Source: an uncultured Candidatus Bathyarchaeia archaeon (GTDB taxonomy: Archaea; Thermoproteota; Bathyarchaeia; 40CM-2-53-6). From it: a stretch of 64,000 bases of DNA. Location: assembly GCA_964598845.1 (NCBI GenBank), contig CAZRDM010000002.1, positions 35,428-99,427 on the forward strand. Direction: 5' to 3'. Shown here piece after piece: positions 60,415 to 64,000 of this stretch. The notes below the pieces were generated by a model. That model was not told the origin of the DNA, ran no database searches, and was given only the letters and a program-made list of their open reading frames with translations. The position numbers were made by a program, and so were the translations under genes. The number at the start of each line of letters is the position of its first letter. Position 1 is the stretch's first letter.

Positions 60415-61518
60415 ATGCTCGACAACGCCCCCCACGTCACACTACTAGAAGCGTTGCTAGGCGAGGTACGGCCTGACATGAAGCGCTCAATGAAGCTCTT
60501 CGAGCGGCTCTTAGATACTGATGTTAAGGCCGACCTTCTGACCCTCTTTCATAACAACGCCAAGTTAGCAGACACACCGGAGGAGCTCGCCAAGAGGATC
60601 GGGCGAAGCTCGACGGAGGTCCAACGTGAACTCGAAGACCTCGTTGAACTGGGAATTCTGAAGAAAAGCGAAGTATATTCTTTTGCGATGGAAAGAGACA
60701 AGGAGATCCAAGATGCCATATCAAAGCAACTTGCCCTAGGAGAGGTAGTAGCACCAGAGTTCGGTCGGCCGGACTTAGCGAGCTCTATTGGAGTTCATGC
60801 GCTGACGACTAAAACTGGACTTGATATTCTGGATGGGATTCTAACCAACGGTCTTCCCGCGAGTTGCACTGTCTTGGTCCTGAGCGATCCCGGAGCAGGA
60901 GAGGAAAACCTCCTAACCCATTTTGTCAGCACACAAATGCAAGCTCGGAGGTCGATCATCTACATAACTCTGGACAATTTCCCGGCAAATATTCGACAAC
61001 TGACACTATCCCGTTTCAGGGAGGAAAGAGTCGATTGGTCCTCGCTCATCATCATCGACTGCTACTCAAAGACTGTCGGAGTAGAGAGTGAGGAACCTTA
61101 CATAGTTGATCCCGAGAACCTCTCAGCAATCAGCATCGCTCTGTCGGATGTAATGACCAAAAGGGCTGTTTCGCTGATGATTCTAGACTCCTTCAACACC
61201 TTGATTCGCAAGAGAGGTATCCGCTCAGCTCTTGAGTTTCTCCGCGTCCTTGTCGCTCGCGCGCGCCAAGCAAAATGCATGTGTCTGATTACTATGAACA
61301 GAAAAGCCTTCCATGTCGCGTATGTTGCATCTGCACAGGATGTCGTCGACGGTGTGATAGAACTCAGGGTTGAGGAAAGCTACGAAGGAATCGCTCGCTC
61401 TCTCCGGGTTCTAAAGATGGTAGGCGCAAGGCATCTGACAACGTGGATCCCATATGAGATCTCAGATGATGGAGTTCTTGTGAAGACTCATCAGAGAAGA
61501 TTACTGGGGACGCCTTAG
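60415..61518 (+). CDS. HTH-KaiC/RAD55-like ATPase fusion with degenerate Walker A
   Basis: N-terminal wHTH; KTGLDILD..L..GLP; SDPGAGEE at the Walker A position; MILDS; VVDGVIEL; RSLRVLKM. Confidence 0.78.
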   Translation: MLDNAPHVTLLEALLGEVRPDMKRSMKLFERLLDTDVKADLLTLFHNNAKLADTPEELAKRIGRSSTEVQRELEDLVELGILKKSEVYSFAMERDKEIQDAISKQLALGEVVAPEFGRPDLASSIGVHALTTKTGLDILDGILTNGLPASCTVLVLSDPGAGEENLLTHFVSTQMQARRSIIYITLDNFPANIRQLTLSRFREERVDWSSLIIIDCYSKTVGVESEEPYIVDPENLSAISIALSDVMTKRAVSLMILDSFNTLIRKRGIRSALEFLRVLVARARQAKCMCLITMNRKAFHVAYVASAQDVVDGVIELRVEESYEGIARSLRVLKMVGARHLTTWIPYEISDDGVLVKTHQRRLLGTP

Positions 61519-62747
61519 CGTCCTTTCTTGACTAGGACCCCAAGCGATAAGCCGGCCAGCAACGAGAGAACCGCGCTCATTAGGAACGGCGTGTGAGCCC
61601 CAAAGAATTCCCAAAGAGCTCCAGCAATAAGTCCGGCTGGCAATGAGGCGATTCCGATTGCCGTGTGTAACATGCCGAAGGCTGTGCCGCGGACTTCTGA
61701 TGGGATCAATTCAGGGATCACCGCTCTCTGAAGCGTGTCAACGATAGCGTAAGAGACCCCATATGCAACAAATAGAGGCACCACCCAAACTACTGAACGT
61801 GCCATCGCGAAACCTACCATCGTTAGGCCGAAAGTGAAGTAGCCGCTCACAATGATCCAAAGCTTATTCGCCCGATCACCGAGCAAACCAAAAGGATAGG
61901 CGGCTAGTGCGTAGGTCACATTGAAAACTAGGTAAAGACCTACTGTAAAGGTTGGTGGAACACCTAGTGATGTCGCCCTCAAGAGAAAGAAAGCGTAGCT
62001 GAAATTTGCTATTGAGAACAACAGTACTATGATGGTGTACAACTTGAACTTCATTGCGAAGTCCACAGAACCGAAGATTGTTCGCTTTGTCGTCATCTTC
62101 GGCTTTCCAGTCTCCTTCACGCCGAGCCCAAGAGGGATTGTCGCAAGAAGTCCCGGAATCAGTGACAGCAAGAAGATCGTGGTATAGTAGGTTTTGGACG
62201 TAATAACCACCGAAAGTGTCAATGCAACAATGGGTCCCAGAATTGCTCCGACCGTGTCCATGGATCTTGTCAAACCGTAGACTTTGCCCAATATTGTTGA
62301 ATTGGCGAAATCTGCGATTAAGGCATCTTTAGGTGCGGTCCTCGTACCTTTGCCAATACGGTCGAGGACACGGACTATGAAGACATCGGCAAGACTTGTG
62401 GCCATCGCGAAGAATGGTTTGCTTAGAGCAGAGAGAGTATAGCCGATTATTGCGATTGGTTTTCTGCGATGCACTCTATCCGACAGCCATCCCGAGGCAA
62501 CCATGAGCAGACTTGTTGTTGCGGCGGCTGCACCTTCAACTCCCCCTATTGAAACCATGTTCAGCCCCAATACGAATGCCATGAATGTCGGCAGAATTCC
62601 GAACACCATCTCACTACTAACATCGGCAAAAAGACTCGTTAGGCCAATGTACCATACTGGTCGTGGGATGCTCTTACTCTCTGGCAATCGCGCGCTGCCT
62701 CGCAGATTGATCAGCCGATTGGCAGATACTGTGGCGAGGTCAGCCAA
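61515..62747 (-). CDS. MFS transporter
   Basis: SLFADVSSEM, GWLSDRVHRRK and DRIGKGTRTAPKDAL motifs; about 12 TM segments. Confidence 0.9.
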   Translation of the reverse strand: MADLATVSANRLINLRGSARLPESKSIPRPVWYIGLTSLFADVSSEMVFGILPTFMAFVLGLNMVSIGGVEGAAAATTSLLMVASGWLSDRVHRRKPIAIIGYTLSALSKPFFAMATSLADVFIVRVLDRIGKGTRTAPKDALIADFANSTILGKVYGLTRSMDTVGAILGPIVALTLSVVITSKTYYTTIFLLSLIPGLLATIPLGLGVKETGKPKMTTKRTIFGSVDFAMKFKLYTIIVLLFSIANFSYAFFLLRATSLGVPPTFTVGLYLVFNVTYALAAYPFGLLGDRANKLWIIVSGYFTFGLTMVGFAMARSVVWVVPLFVAYGVSYAIVDTLQRAVIPELIPSEVRGTAFGMLHTAIGIASLPAGLIAGALWEFFGAHTPFLMSAVLSLLAGLSLGVLVKKGR

Positions 62748-63834
62748 TTTCCCTAAGTTTAGCGGGGAGATACTTGTCTACAATGTAAGCTAGTCCGTAA
62801 CGACTAAAAGCCTCCTGCTCTGACTTGCGTTCTACTTTCAGGAATGTTTCGATTTCACGCTTCCAGAGTTTACCTTCGTATCTCGGATCCTTCTGAAGCT
62901 CGTAGAGCCTCTTGATGTCAAGCTCAGTAAGTGGGTCACTGGGCAGCTTGTACTCCACGATATCAGAAGCCCAGACACCAGCCCACTTAGCGTCGGGTGT
63001 GTTGAGCTCTCTGAGATGAGCAGCATTCGCAGAGCCGGAAATAATTACGTTGGCGATGTGCATTCCCCACGGATCTGCGTCGCAGAAAATGTAAACAGTA
63101 AGACCCAGCTCTTGACTCAGCCTTCGGATAAGGGCTCTAGTAGCACGAGGCGCCTGACCTGCCGTGTGGATCAACAGGGCCTTATACTTTTGGTGGACTC
63201 TTTCCTCAATGAAGCGAGTGAAAAGGCCGCCCTTCTCGATGACGATGACCTTGTCTGCCTTGCATCCCACAAACTCCGAGTTTGTGAGGGCGGGGCCAAT
63301 CATCATTCCGTCTGGGTGCGAGGACAGATTGAGTTTCTTTCCTTCATAGCCACGGACAGTGTATTCGATAGTCAGATCTCCAAATATCGCGCTCCGTTCC
63401 TCGGGGAAGACGTTGAAATCTTCTCTGGCGTGTTCAAGGACCGTCTCTAGATCGGTGATTATGTCGTCGCTCTCGGCTTGGTCAGCGAAACTCATCTCGT
63501 AGGCCTGGGCCGAGTAGAAGACATCTCGGAGCGTTGACGTCTTGCCTTCCCTCGTGAGTTGATCGACGAAGGATCCCGTCCAGACAAGCTGTGTTAGGGG
63601 ACGGATGTGCCTGACGTTTCGCGCACTCCGTCGGACGTTGCGATCTCCGAGCACATATTGTCGAGTCTTCTGATCGTAGCAGATATTGTTCAATGAGCGG
63701 CTCGGCATCTTGACCCAAGGCCACTGTCTCTGAGAGAGTTGAGAATAGAGAGTCTCGCCTAAGTGTTTGAGACTGGATAGAACAGACTGTTTCTTCTGTT
63801 CAATCCGACTCGCTGTCTTGCTCTTCTTCCTCAT
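62740..63834 (-). CDS. top6A: DNA topoisomerase VI subunit A
   Basis: TLRDVFY, VIEK, GQAPRATR, DADPWG and EQEA motifs. Confidence 0.95.
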   Translation of the reverse strand: MRKKSKTASRIEQKKQSVLSSLKHLGETLYSQLSQRQWPWVKMPSRSLNNICYDQKTRQYVLGDRNVRRSARNVRHIRPLTQLVWTGSFVDQLTREGKTSTLRDVFYSAQAYEMSFADQAESDDIITDLETVLEHAREDFNVFPEERSAIFGDLTIEYTVRGYEGKKLNLSSHPDGMMIGPALTNSEFVGCKADKVIVIEKGGLFTRFIEERVHQKYKALLIHTAGQAPRATRALIRRLSQELGLTVYIFCDADPWGMHIANVIISGSANAAHLRELNTPDAKWAGVWASDIVEYKLPSDPLTELDIKRLYELQKDPRYEGKLWKREIETFLKVERKSEQEAFSRYGLAYIVDKYLPAKLREIG

Positions 63835-64000
63835 GACTCAAAACACTCCTGAGTAACGGGGAAATGTCTGGTGCCTTGGCTTTCCTTGCCAGCTTCGAAG
63901 AGAAGGATGCGATCTTTGGAAGATATTTCTCAAAAACATCTAGTCTACGTCGTTGTTGCGCCAAGTGAACCTTTTTAGAGAGAAATAGGGAGAGCCGACG
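63800..64000 (-). CDS. top6B: DNA topoisomerase VI subunit B, C-terminal end (partial)
   Basis: RRLSLFLSKK...RRLDVFEKYLPKIA reads open from the window edge and overlaps the top6A start. Confidence 0.8.
   Translation of the reverse strand, partial: RRLSLFLSKKVHLAQQRRRLDVFEKYLPKIASFSSKLARKAKAPDISPLLRSVLSHEEEEQDSESD

Noticed and set aside
1..64000. CRISPR arrays, IS elements, integrases, rRNA; long antisense ORFs inside the ATPase, thermosome, ilv/leu and ABCE1 genes
   Set aside because: No spaced repeats, transposase or integrase motifs, or rRNA-like sequence were seen. The antisense ORFs are shadows of well-supported genes.

Overview
Archaeal chromosomal window, probably TACK and Bathyarchaeia-like. 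This is inferred from thermosome, TBP, eS8, SRP19, Cgi121, topoisomerase VI, Smc-ScpAB and multi-intron tRNAs. It carries a pst/phoU locus, a P-type ATPase between a tRNA gene and a copy of its 3' end, housekeeping genes, a tkt-aroF-aroB operon and a full ilv/leu cluster. Two things stand out. (1) The aromatic and branched-chain amino-acid operons are each preceded by an unannotated leader ORF rich in the cognate amino acids: MEVYTVCARFSPFSSYSFYYRR and MANSLKRFKKDSLQLLSVIVTLVVIILQ. Both end in TAGCTCG at the base of a GC-rich hairpin and have alternative pairings. This looks like ribosome-mediated attenuation in an archaeon. (2) Three tRNA genes carry 2, 3 and 4 BHB introns, including positions 8/9 and 10/11. 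Only the two genes with such acceptor-proximal introns have a leader that repeats the 5' acceptor strand. Also present are a 32-aa acidic, Trp-rich microprotein upstream of ABCE1, a candidate C/D sRNA and several pseudogenes. All calls come from manual motif reading; no searches or folding programs were run.
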